DNA of 64,000 nt from Geosiphon pyriformis uo1 (taxonomy: Eukaryota > Fungi > Glomeromycota): positions 564,757 through 628,756 of the forward strand of contig JAAOMT010000134.1 of NCBI GenBank assembly GCA_016748015.1. Reading direction: 5' to 3'. The notes below the pieces were generated by a model. That model did not search any database. It was given only the letters and a program-made list of their open reading frames with translations, and had not been told where the DNA came from. Numbering within the stretch: the stretch's first letter is position 1; each line of letters begins with the position of its first letter. Of the stretch, positions 14,620 through 26,069 are shown piece by piece. Made by a program: the position numbers and the translations under genes.

Positions 14620-15065
14620 TATTGACTAGTACATCTATTCTACCTATTGATCCAAATCCCTGTATCTCTTTTGCTGTTATCCCTAATTCTTCCCTATTTT
14701 TCACTGACACTAACTGAGCTATTTTAACTAGAGGCAGGAATATTGCCTGTGCTATCTTTTCATTTGGCTCTATAACATAGGTCTTTTCTGAGTTATTTTG
14801 TAGCATAGCAATGATATTTCCTATATATTCTGCATCAATTATTCCTCCTCTGATGTTTATCCCTTTTTTTGCTAAACTACTCCTTGAAGCTAGTTGAACC
14901 ATTGTTGTTGCTAGAATTTCTAGTGCTATTTTCAAATCAATGCAGGTGCGTAAATGTGGTTCCAATTGGATGGCCTCTTTTCTTGGATACCTCAGATCAA
15001 ACCTGGCATTAGTATCATGCACGCATTCTGGCATAATATCTTTATTATTATCACTGAACCATTTA
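14620..15065 (-). pseudogene. dut: dUTPase domain in gypsy A pol
   Basis: Motifs ARFDL, SRSS, GGIIDAEYIG, EKIAQ, EIQGFGS. Confidence 0.9.
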
Positions 15066-15904
15066 AGTTCCTGTTTTTTGGCGAGGTTAGAGAGTGCAAT
15101 ATATTGTTCATAGTCTGGATTGGGGTTTAAATCTGAGTTGGAATCATTGTTATTGTTATTACCATATTGGACGGAACTGGAACTGGTGTTTTTGTCATCA
15201 TCATTGTTGGAGTTTGAATCAGGATTAAAAATCAATTCCGATTTTGATGCATAGCTGCTGATTGGTTCTTTTTCTTCTGGGATTGTGTAGATCATGCATG
15301 ATGGCGGATTGTAAATAAGATCACACTCATTACAATATTGGAAGTCACATGGAATCAAACAGTGATCACATAATTAAGTGTTTATTTTTTCCAACCGTTG
15401 CTCTTGTTCTTCTCAAGTAGGTGCCAACTGTTGATAGTGTTCATGGAATTCTTCTAGATCATCCTCAATGTTGCTGAATACGTTGAACATTAGAATGTAT
15501 TCAGGTTCAAACAGAGATAGGGGGTTGTTTTTGATTTTTAGTAGTTCACTGGTTGTCATACTTTCTGCCTTTGCATTCGCCATTCTCCATAGTTTATGTT
15601 TGTCGTGTGAATATCTTTTCAATTGTCGTAATGCTTGTTTCCAGATGTCATCGATTGGTGTTCTTTTGCATATCCAATCATTGATTAGTATTGTATACTG
15701 GCAGATTTCATTGCATGTTCCTCCTCTTCTAAGAATGTTGTTCCACATTTCTTTGTTGAAAAGAGTTTCCTCACATGCTAAACATGGTGTATTATCCTAT
15801 TTTCCCACTTGTTTTGGTCTTTCAAAGTGTTCAACAAGACATGCATAGTAATAGAACTTAGTTGCCGTCTGGTATTCCTCATCATTGTCATAGTAGGTGC
15901 CCAT

Positions 15905-16773
15905 TGTTACAGGTGATTATGTCTGTTGTTGAATTGAATAACAAACCCGTAACTTGGTGCTCAATTGATATAATGTTGTTGGTAATATCTGAAGGTATTG
16001 TTATCTGAAGGTTTTGGTTGAGTTCTTTGTATAATGAACAGAGATTCAATGATGATAGTAGTAGTTTTTCTGGAGTCGCAATTATGCCCAATTTCTTTTT
16101 CAGCTTGGCAGCCAGATTTATTCTGGCAGTTGTGCCCTTCTGGTAAGCTATCTGATAATATATAAAATCCTACCCTTATTTCTGGGTCTTTTACCAAGCT
16201 ATCCTTGACATCAATAACTCAGCGCTTAATCTTTAATCAATTAGTATACAACAACAAATCAAAATAAAATAAAGAAAGAGAAATAAAAGAAAATAAAGAA
16301 AGAAAAAAAATAAGCCAAGGCAATTTGCAGATTAGTATCCCATCAATAGCCATAATCAAGAGCTATTGTTTCAGTGTGGTCAAGTATCAATTACTATCAA
16401 CATGAAGGGTTGATAGTGAGAAAGTAGATGGAGATATAAAATAATTATTTATTTGATGATTACGTTTCTAGGCTAAGGATTCTGTGGTATCAATTTTGTC
16501 TTTTCTGTTTCTAATACTACTGCTATATATACATAATTGGGATTTCTCAATTCCTCGATTCTTCATGACAAGAATCCTGGAATTTCTGGAATTCTGCAAT
16601 TCCTTTGGGAGGAATCCTGCAATTCTGGAATCCTGCAATTCCTTGTTGGGAATCCTGAAATTCCTGGAATCCTGCAATTCCTGAGAGGAATCCTGGAATT
16701 TCACATTTACTACACTTACTTCTGATTGGCTAATAATTATGCTAATATATTTCCTATATTTCTATGAGTAACA
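15905..16773 (-). repeat. LTR2 (3' LTR of element B)
   Basis: TGTTAC...GTAACA ends, followed by PPT. Confidence 0.93.
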
Positions 16774-16788
16774 TTATTCCCTCCTTTT
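16774..16788 (-). promoter_or_regulatory. Polypurine tract (AAAAGGAGGGAATAA)
   Basis: Abuts the 3' LTR; decayed equivalent at 10679-10693. Confidence 0.85.
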
Positions 16789-19700
16789 TAATATTGAGCT
16801 CCATCAAAATTTAACTTCTGTAATTCCCCCTCTTGAAGTATTTCCTGGATTTTGTTTTCGAGAATTACTTGTGTTATTTGGATTTGTAATTTTTCAAATT
16901 GAGCATTGGTGATTTTTCCCAATTGATTACTGGTCACCATATCCATTGCTCTGTTGAGCAATATTTCTGGTTTATCTTGAAATGTGGTGTGTATTTGGTA
17001 TATGGCTCAGGCTTGTGTGGATAAATTGTTCTTTCTCACAAAATATTCTAATTGTTGTAGTATTTTATTGTCGAATAATCACTTTGTTTTATCTGTATAT
17101 AAATTCTGGATATTTATGTGTTGTTTCAAGTAAAAATAATAATAGTTTCATGGAAATTGTTGTATCCACCAATTCCAAGTTTCTTTAGTCAACTCTTGAT
17201 ATAATGACTCTTTTGTCAATTCTTTTATTGCTAATTTTACTTTTGCCATGATTTTGTCTACAGTATTTTCAGTTTTCTTCTGTGTTCTGAGTTGAAATGT
17301 CTTTCTAGTATCTTGATATCGAATGGTTTGTTAATTGATTGTAATCTCCATTTTCTGGTGTTGGATTAATTGAAAGAGTTGTTGTGTTAGTAAGTAAATG
17401 TTGTCTGTAATTTCCATTTTTCTAATATTTCCTATCACATCTACCATGTCTTTATATATTCTTTTGATGGATCAATTTAACGTGTTGTTGTTGATAATAA
17501 TAATTGGTTCCAGATTTTGTGGAATCTTATCTGATTGGACTAGTATTCTCTGTACTCCTAATTGTAGAATATTACTGGTAGATTGTAGTGTGATGTTGTG
17601 ATATGGTTTCAGTTGATCTCCATGTGCTGCTTTGGTTAAAATTTTGTTATCCAATCTTAATTTGTAAGCTCTATTTCCTAGAATTTCTTCTATGTGAAAT
17701 GGTCCATCCCATTTGGGGTCAAATTTTCCACTCTATTGTTTTTCCGCTTTGGTACAATGTAGTAATACTTTGTCTCTGATCTTGAATTCAACTGGTTTGT
17801 CTAGTAGTTGACTATCGTGTCTTTCTTTCTGTGTTTCTTGTGACTTTTGGATATTATCAGCTGCTCTTCTTCGTTTGTTTTCCAATGTTTCCATTAAGTC
17901 ATATGTTCTTCTCAGCAATGTTTCTTGAAAATTTTTCTCTGTTATTGGTTCAGTTGGATATGGATTAATTTCTCTCTCTACTGGTAATGTTGCTATTCTC
18001 CCATATACTAATTCAAATGGTGTTGCTTGTGTAGTATCCTGTTTCATTGTCTGATAAGCAAATAGTACTGATGGTATGAACAAATCCCAATCATTCTGGT
18101 TTTCTTGGCTGAGCTTGGCTATTGCTTTATACAATATTCTGTTGAATTTTTCTACTAATCCGTTGGTTTGTGAATGGTATGATGATGATAATGGTCTCTT
18201 GATTTCGAATCTTTGGCTTAATTCTGTTAATGTTCTGTTTACAAAATGAGTTCCTTGGTCTGATAATAATTCTTTTGGACATCCATGTCGACAAATCAAA
18301 TCTTGATGAACGAATTTGGCAACGGATTCTGCATTCACTCTTTGAATTGCTTTTGCCTCTGGCCATTTAGTGAGATAGTCCATAGCTATTGCTATGTATC
18401 TGTTTCCTCTGCTGGTGATTGTTAATGGTCTGACTAAATCAATTCCCATATAGTTAAATGGTTGTCACACTTTGATTGGTCTTAATGGTTTACTAGGTCT
18501 TGTTCCTCCTCTTCGCTGACAAGCATCACAATTTTGAACATATTGAATAATGTCTGGGTATATTGATGGCCAATAGTATCTTTTTCTAGTTCTTTCCATG
18601 GTTGCTTCTTTGTGAAAATGTCCTGCTGTTGGATTTGAATGCATGTTGAATAATATTGTCTCTTTTTCTGGCTCTGTAATTACTCTGGTTGGTTGCTCTA
18701 GCTCTCTTCTATTTTTTTGATAAAGTATATTTTGGTGAGTGATAAAATATTTTGATTGTTTTTTAATACTCTTTCATTCTGTTTGAGATAAATTCTTCTT
18801 GAACTGTTGAGTGTTTATATAATATTGCAGTTGTTAATATTTTTGTATGTTTATTTTTTGTTATATTTTTCGTTGGTATTGTTCTGGTTTTGTTATATTT
18901 TGGGTTAAAATGTTCTTAGATTTGTCTTATTCACAACAAACCATCAGCATTTCCATTGTTTTTCCCTTTTTATAATGTATAGTATAATTATATAGTGTGA
19001 GTGCCATTTTCTATCTTGACTGTCTTTTATCTCCAAATTCTTGTTTTTGAAGTGATGTTAATCCTTTGTGATCTGTGTATACTTCAAACTTCTGGCTCAA
19101 GTATTTTTTCCATTTCATAACTGCCCAGTATATCGCTAAGTGTTCTTGTTCTGGTGTTCCATGGTTCTTTTTGGCTGGTGTTAAATCTCTGCTGGCATAT
19201 GCTACTGGATGTTCCCTGCCATCTGGTCCTCTCTGAGATAGTACTGCTCCCAATGCTTGGCTGGATGCATTAGTGGTGATAATGAATGGTTTGCTGTAAT
19301 CTGGATAGATCAGTACTAAAGCTTGAATGAGCTTTCTTCTCAGAATATTAAAAGCTTCTTGTTGACTTTCTGTCCATTCATATTTTGTATTCTTGGTTTG
19401 CAGTTGGTTGAATGGCTGCACTATCTTGGAAAAGTTTTTGATAAAACGTTGATAGTAGCTGGCAAATCCCAAGAATAATTTCAGTTTTGTTATATTTGTT
19501 GGCACTGGAAAGTTCTTTACTATCTTTATTTTCTCTGAATCCGTTTTGATGCTGTCTTTGCTAACTATGTGTTCCAAGAATTTTAGTTCTGTTTTGCCGA
19601 AAAAACACTTTGTTGTATTTAACTTTAGTTTTGTTTTTCTTAGTTTTTTGAACACTTGTTGAAGATGATGAAGATGATCATCAAATGTTTTTGAGAATAC

Positions 19701-22700
19701 ATTGGTGTTGTCCAAGTATACAACTACTGATTTCCACAATAAGCCAGTATAAACAATTTCCATTAGCCTTTAAAAAGTGGCTGGTGTATTGGTTAAGCCA
19801 AATGGCATTACTTCAAATTCAAAATTCCCTTCTCTGGTGGTAAATGCCATCTTTTTTTTGTCAGCTAAATCCATGGCTACTTGTTAGTAACCACTGTCCA
19901 GGTTTAATGTTGAAAACCATTTGTTTCCACCAAAGGCATCAAATAATTCTTAGATCCGTGGGGTGGAGTAGCTATCTCCATAAGTTACTCTATTGAGTTT
20001 TCTATAATCTACACAAAAGTGGATCTTTCCATTTTTTTTATGAATGAGTACCACTGGTGATGACCATGGGCTTATTAATGACTGAATTAGTCCATTGTCA
20101 AGCATTCAGTTTATCTCTTGCTGGATAATCTCATGGCTAGCTGGTGGTACTCTGTATGCTCTTTGTTTAATTGACATTGTATCTCCAGTCTTAATCTAAT
20201 GCTGAATGATGTCAGTTCGACCAAACTCATTTTTGCTGGCAAAGATGTCATTGAAATTGTTGAGCAACATCTTAAGTTGCATACTTTGGAGTGAATCCAA
20301 GTTTCCCATGTTCATTTGTTCCAATTATTCTGGTTGAAGCAAATAATTTTTGCTTCGTCTATATATTATTTGTGATGTGATATTGACATATTCACAAAGC
20401 TGTAGAAAGTCTGGAATAGTGCTTGGTGGTTGATCCTCTATTTCAGTACTTAAGTATCCAATGGTGGTTTCAGCTGGTATTTCTACAATATTTCCAGTGT
20501 TGTTGTAGATGGGAATTTTGATATGGTTATGGCTTTTGGCTGGTATGTGTAGATTGATAAGTCCAATTTCTCTTGATTCACAAAGGATTGGTTCTGCTTC
20601 AAAAATCTGATTCTGTTCTTTTACTTCTCACTTTATCCCTATCATGTACTAGTCATATGGTGAAATGGAAATTGCTTGATCCACTAAGATAATTTCTCTT
20701 TAGTCAACAATTTCTTCTTCTGCCATATTAACTGGTACATTTATTCTACTCATTGATCCAAATCCCTGTATTCTTCTCACTGTTATTCCTAATTCCTCCC
20801 TCTTTCCTACTGATATTAACTAAGCTACTCTAATCAGAGACAGGAATATTGCCTGTGCTATCTTTTTGTTGGGCTCTATTATATAGGTCTTTTCTGAGTC
20901 ATTTTGTAGCATAGCGATGATATTTCCTATATATCCCACATCAATTATTCCTCCTCTTATATTAATCTCTCTTTTCGCTAAACTACTTCTAGATGCTAAT
21001 TGAACCATTGTTGTTGTCAGAATTTCCAGCACTATTTTCAGATCAATGCAGGTGTGCAAATGTGGTTCCAATTTGATGGCTTTTTTTTTCAGATACCTTA
21101 GATTAAACCCTGCATCAGTATCATGCACGTGTTCTGGCATGATACCTTTCCCATTGTCACTATACCATTTCAACTCCTGTTCCTTGGAGAGATCTGGTAG
21201 TCCAATATATTGTTTGTAGTTTGTATTAGAGTTTGGATCTGAGTTGGAATCATTGTCATTGTTATTGCTATTTTGAATGGAGCTTGAACCGTTGTTGTCA
21301 TTGTCATTGTCAGAGTTTGAATCGCGATTGATTGGCGATTCTGATTCTGATATGCAATTGCTGATTGGTTTTTCCTCTTCAGGGATTGTGTAAATTATGC
21401 ATGGTAGTGGATTGTAAATGAGATCACACTCATTACAATATTAAAAGTCACATGAAATTAAATAGTGGTCACATAGCTGGGTGTTTAGCTATGCTAAACA
21501 CTCTTCTTGTTCTTCTCTTGTGAGTGTTAGTCACTAGTAGTGCTCATGAAATTCCTCTGGATCGTCTTCGATGTTGCCAAAGACATCAAAGATTTGGACA
21601 TATTCACACTCAGGTAGAGATAGTAGGTTGTTTTTAATTTCTCTCAGCTCCTCTGTTGTAGTGCCTTCTGACATAGCATATGCCATTCTTCAGATCTCAT
21701 CTTTGTCGTGTGGGTATCCTTCTAGGTGTCTTAATGCTCACTTCCAGATGTCATTGATGGGAGTTTTCTTTTATACCCAGTCATTGATCAGAATGGTGTA
21801 TTGGCATGTTTCATCACATGCTCCTCCTCTTCCAGGAATGTCTTTCCACATCCCTTTATCTAAGAGGGTATCTCTACAAGTTAAACACAAGGTACCGTCC
21901 CATTTTCTTATTTTTGGCGGTTGTCTATTGCATTCAAGGATGCATGGGCAACAGTAGTACTTGGTTGCTGTCATCCATTCTTTGTCTTTTCTACAGCATG
22001 TGCTCATTGTTGACAGTTTCTTGCCACAACTAACACATACAAGTTTGGGTCGGTGGTAAGCATTTTGAAGTGGTGTCGCATATAGAATATGAGTCAAGGA
22101 GGTGGTTTGCTTTGGTTCCTCTTCTTGTTCTTTTCCTTTTCCTTTTTTTTCCCAACTCTATTCAGTGGCTGGTTCACTTTGGCCATTGTCACTCCACAAT
22201 CCTTGGTTTGTTCTTCAGGTAAGTTTTTCTTCTTCTTTCCTCTTTCCTTTGTCATTCTATGAGAGTACAAGTGGCAATTTATTGTGGTCGTTGTCAGCCC
22301 ACAAGACTTGGTAAGCTTCCCAGATAGGCTTCTTTTCTTCTTCCTCCAGCTCTATCAATAGTTCCTCTCTTAATGGAACCTTGAAGTGGCCACACGTGGC
22401 TGGCACATGTGTGTGTTAACTATTGATGTTTAGTTGGAGCTCTTGCATCATCCAGTCCAGAACGGCATTGGTTTTGAACAGCCAGTCATTACCAACTAGA
22501 GCTTGGTATTGAGTGGCTTCCATCACCAAGACTTTAATGGGAGTGATAATGTCATTGACTTCAAATGGGAATTCATCTATCTCGCTAATAGGCGTTTTGG
22601 TCACTCCATTGGCTGTGATAATTCTGGCACTGGCAGTGTAATCAACTTGGTGACTTAATTGGTCTATGAGTTGTTGTGTGATGATGCTACCTGCTGAACT

Positions 22701-25173
22701 GCTGTCAAGGATCAATTTGATAGATTGTCCATTGACTTTGGCATCCATGTATATCGCAGTGATTGGTTTGGCTTCAAAAGCGGCTCCACTAAATAATGGC
22801 GTTGCAGTTGTTTTCTCGAATTTGAATGGGAAGATAGTAGTCAAGAACTTGTCTTCGGTGATAGTAACAGATGGGATATTACTGGTGAGTGGTTGTTTTT
22901 GGGTGGATTCCAGGTTATTGGCTGAGGCATCTTCTGGGGTAATCAGGAGACTTAAATAGTTCTGGAAATTCAGGTTTTGGGTGGCACCAGTACCCAAATT
23001 CTACGAACACAATCCTGTTTGCTGGTTTGACGAACTGGGAATCAGTTAATGGACTACTATTGCCAATTGCCAGTTTTGTTGTATCATTCTCAGCCTTTGG
23101 AGTCTGTTTTGAAGCAAGTTTTGTGGCGGTGTTTGAATTTGTTGTTGGGGTTAATAAATTACTTAAGGTTACAACTGATAAATTACTTGTGGCTGTGGTT
23201 GATAGATTGCAGGTGTTTGATAGACTGGAGTTTGATATACTGGTGGTTGATAGATTTGTGACTCCATCATTGGTAGGTAAGTAGTTTGATCTTGATTTGG
23301 GTAATGATTTGGAGTTTGAAATCTGCGATCGGAATTTCGATATTGATTTCCTGATCGTAGATTGTTGCTATAAAATTTGCAGTCTACTCTTATGTGTTCT
23401 TGTTTACCACAGTTGTGGCAAACATGCATTTCTGGCTACTACGGCTGATTAAGTGCTGCTGATGATGATGATGGATGCGACTGATTTTGGAAATGATTCA
23501 CATTTTCTGGATTGTTGCGTCATTGTGGTGGTTGATAAATTGCATGATTGTCAGCTAAGTATCCCTCTAACTTCTGATTAATTGAATTACTGAATTGTTT
23601 CAATTTAGAATCCAATTCAGATGATCCATTCATCACTAAGTTTATGGTGTGAGCATGATTGGCTTTTAATTCAGTAGATTCAAAATCTCTGGTATGTGTG
23701 ACTGCGTCCTGGAAAGTGGTTGGATGCAATGGACGTACGTGTTGCAGGATGCTACTGTACAGGCCATGGATGAATTGATTGAGAATTTGTGATGCTATGA
23801 AATAATTAGCATCAATTGCTTGGATTTGTCATAGATTTCTATAGAAGCATCCCAGATATGTGGTAACTGCTTCAGTTTCTTTTTGTTTAATTGTAGTGAA
23901 AGTGTTGGCTAATCTGTTGATGCTGTTGTTATTGCTAAAGCATCTCAAAAATTCTAATTTGAAGGTGTTAAAATCTTGGGGTTTGTTGACCAGGCTTTGA
24001 TACCATGAATCTGCTGTATCCTTGAGAAAATAAAGTATGGCTTACATGGCTCTGACATTATTCTATTTGTTGGCTGTAATGGCTTTTTTTACATTATTTA
24101 GCCAAACTTGTGTATCATCCTCTTCGCCGGTGAATTTGTCAAGCTTCGCAATTGGTGCATATGCCATTTGTTGTTGTTACTATGGTAGAAGTTGTTGTTG
24201 TTGTTGAAGTGGTACTGGGAGTGGTTGTTGAGTTTGTTGGTTTGGTATTTGGATGGGCTGACCAATTGGTTCAACTGGTGGTTGATCAATGATGATAACT
24301 GGGAGTAAGTGTTGATTAATTACTTTGAAGTTTTGATTTTGCAGTGCTTAAATATTCGGAGTTTCGATTTCCGGATTTCCTTACTGAGTTTGAACATTCG
24401 GGGTTCCAAATTCCGGGTTTTTAAGGATTGGGTTTTGGTAAGTAAATTTTTAATCTTCTGATTCTTTTTCCTCTTCTTCTTCAGATAGTTCCCATGGAGT
24501 AATGGTTCCAAAGTCCAGTTGAGACGGCGGTGATCAAATTCCTGATGGTGTTGGTGATCACGACTTAAATCCTTCAAAATATTTGCCATATGGTCCTAGT
24601 AGATCTGTTTTTCTTTGTTTACTTTGGAATGGGAATTGTCTGAATGTTAATATTGCGTTTAATGTAGATGCGCTTGCTGATGTTATATTGATGGCACTTC
24701 CCAGTGTGTAGTGATAAAATGGAGCAGTTGGTGATTCAACTCTTGTTTTTTTCCAAGTAGGTGGTTGTATCCTTTTGGGTGTTACCGCTGGTGTTTGTAG
24801 TTTTCCTTTGCCTTTACTGGCGTAAGTAATTGGATATCTTTGTTGGGTGTGATGTTCAATTTCTTTGTTAATCTCAGTAATAATGGAGGCAAAATTGTGA
24901 TTTGTTGGCAGGTTAGTATTTTGAATTAATTCTCTGTAGAAAGTTTCCCTGACTAATTTAGTATTCACTGATGTTCCTAACAAAGAGAAAATCTTTTCAT
25001 TGACATAGAAATTAAAGGCTGATTTGGTGGATATATGGTTGTGGTTTAATCCCAAGTGTTAACAATAATGTTGAAATAGGGATTTTGCAAATCCTAAATA
25101 GTTTGCTCCTATGTTTTCTGATTCTGCCACTTTTGAAAGGTGTTTGTTGGTGCTGGTTTTCTGTAAGATTATA

Positions 25174-25190
25174 CCTCACAGGAAGCACCA
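25174..25190 (-). promoter_or_regulatory. Primer-binding site TGGTGCTTCCTGTGAGG, probably for elongator tRNA-Met (tRNA-Ile possible)
   Basis: Starts with TGG 2 nt inside the 5' LTR; complement CCTCACAGGAAGCACCA looks like a tRNA T-stem, acceptor strand and CCA. Confidence 0.85.
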
Positions 25191-25192
25191 AA

Positions 25193-26069
25193 TGTTACAG
25201 GTGACAATTTCTGGTGTTAAATTAAATACAAACCCATAACTTGGTGCTCAAAGCTATTTTCATTGTTAATAATCTGAAGGTTTGGTATTTGAAGGTTTTG
25301 TATTTGAAGGGTTTGGTTGAGTTCTTTGTATAATGGACAGAGATTCAATGGTTATAGTTTTTTTTTGTAGCTTCCCAAAACCGCAGTTTCATCAATTTCT
25401 TTCTCAGCTTGATGGCTGGTATTCTTCCTGGTAAGCTATCTTCAATCAAGTGTTCTACCCTTATTTCTGGGTCTTTTACCAGTCATGTTTATCCTGACAT
25501 CAGTGCCCTGTACGTTAATCCTCAATAGAGTTAGTAAACAACAATAAAATCAAAGCAAAAAAATAAAGAAAATAAAATAAAATAAAGAAAGAAAGAAATA
25601 AGCCAAGGCAATTTACAAGTTAGTATTCCGTTAATAGCCATAATTAAGAGCTATTGTTCCAGTGTGGTTAAGTATCAATTACTATCAACATGAAGTGTTA
25701 ATAGTGGAAATGGGTTTGAGATAACAAATAATTATTTATTAGATGTTTGTAATTTGGAGGATTGCTTAGATTAAATCTAAACTAAGAGGTCTGTCTTTTC
25801 AGCTTCTAATCCTGCTGCTATATATACATAATTGAGATTCCTCAATTCCTTGATTCTTCATGACAGGAATTTTGGAATTTCAGGAATCCTCTGATTTCTT
25901 TGAAAGGAATCCTGGAATTCTGAAATCCTGCAATTCCTCATTGGGGAATCCTAAAATTCCTGAAATCCTGTAATTCCTGAAAGGAATCCTGAAATTCCAT
26001 ATTTACTACGTCTACTTCTGATTGGCTAATAATCATGCTAATATATTTTCTATATTTCTATGAGTAACA
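25193..26069 (-). repeat. LTR3 (5' LTR of element B)
   Basis: TGTTAC...GTAACA ends; adjacent to PBS; CCAAT, 9-mer array and TATATA in U3. Confidence 0.93.

Larger units (their letters stand above)
9835..15904 (-). mobile_element. Ty3/gypsy element A, 3' half only (dUTPase-RT-RNase H-integrase, PPT, 3' LTR), decayed
   Basis: RT VMPFGL...VYLDN, RNase H ITDASG...EHLAI, integrase GIDLV, PPT next to LTR1; interrupted at 15905 by LTR2. Confidence 0.92.
15905..26069 (-). mobile_element. Ty3/gypsy element B, ~10.2 kb (LTR-PBS-gag-PR-dUTPase-RT-RH-IN-PPT-LTR), decayed and probably chimeric
   Basis: Gag knuckle CHNCGKQEHIRVDC (~23400), protease-like ILDSSS and ALVGND, dUTPase (~20740-21170), RT VYLDN, RNase H, integrase GIDLV...LSDQG...TNGLVE; gypsy domain order. 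Confidence 0.93.

Noticed and set aside
16468-16725. Short ORFs in LTR2; array as CRISPR-like
   Set aside because: Produced by stop-poor 9-bp LTR repeats; no unique spacers or cas genes
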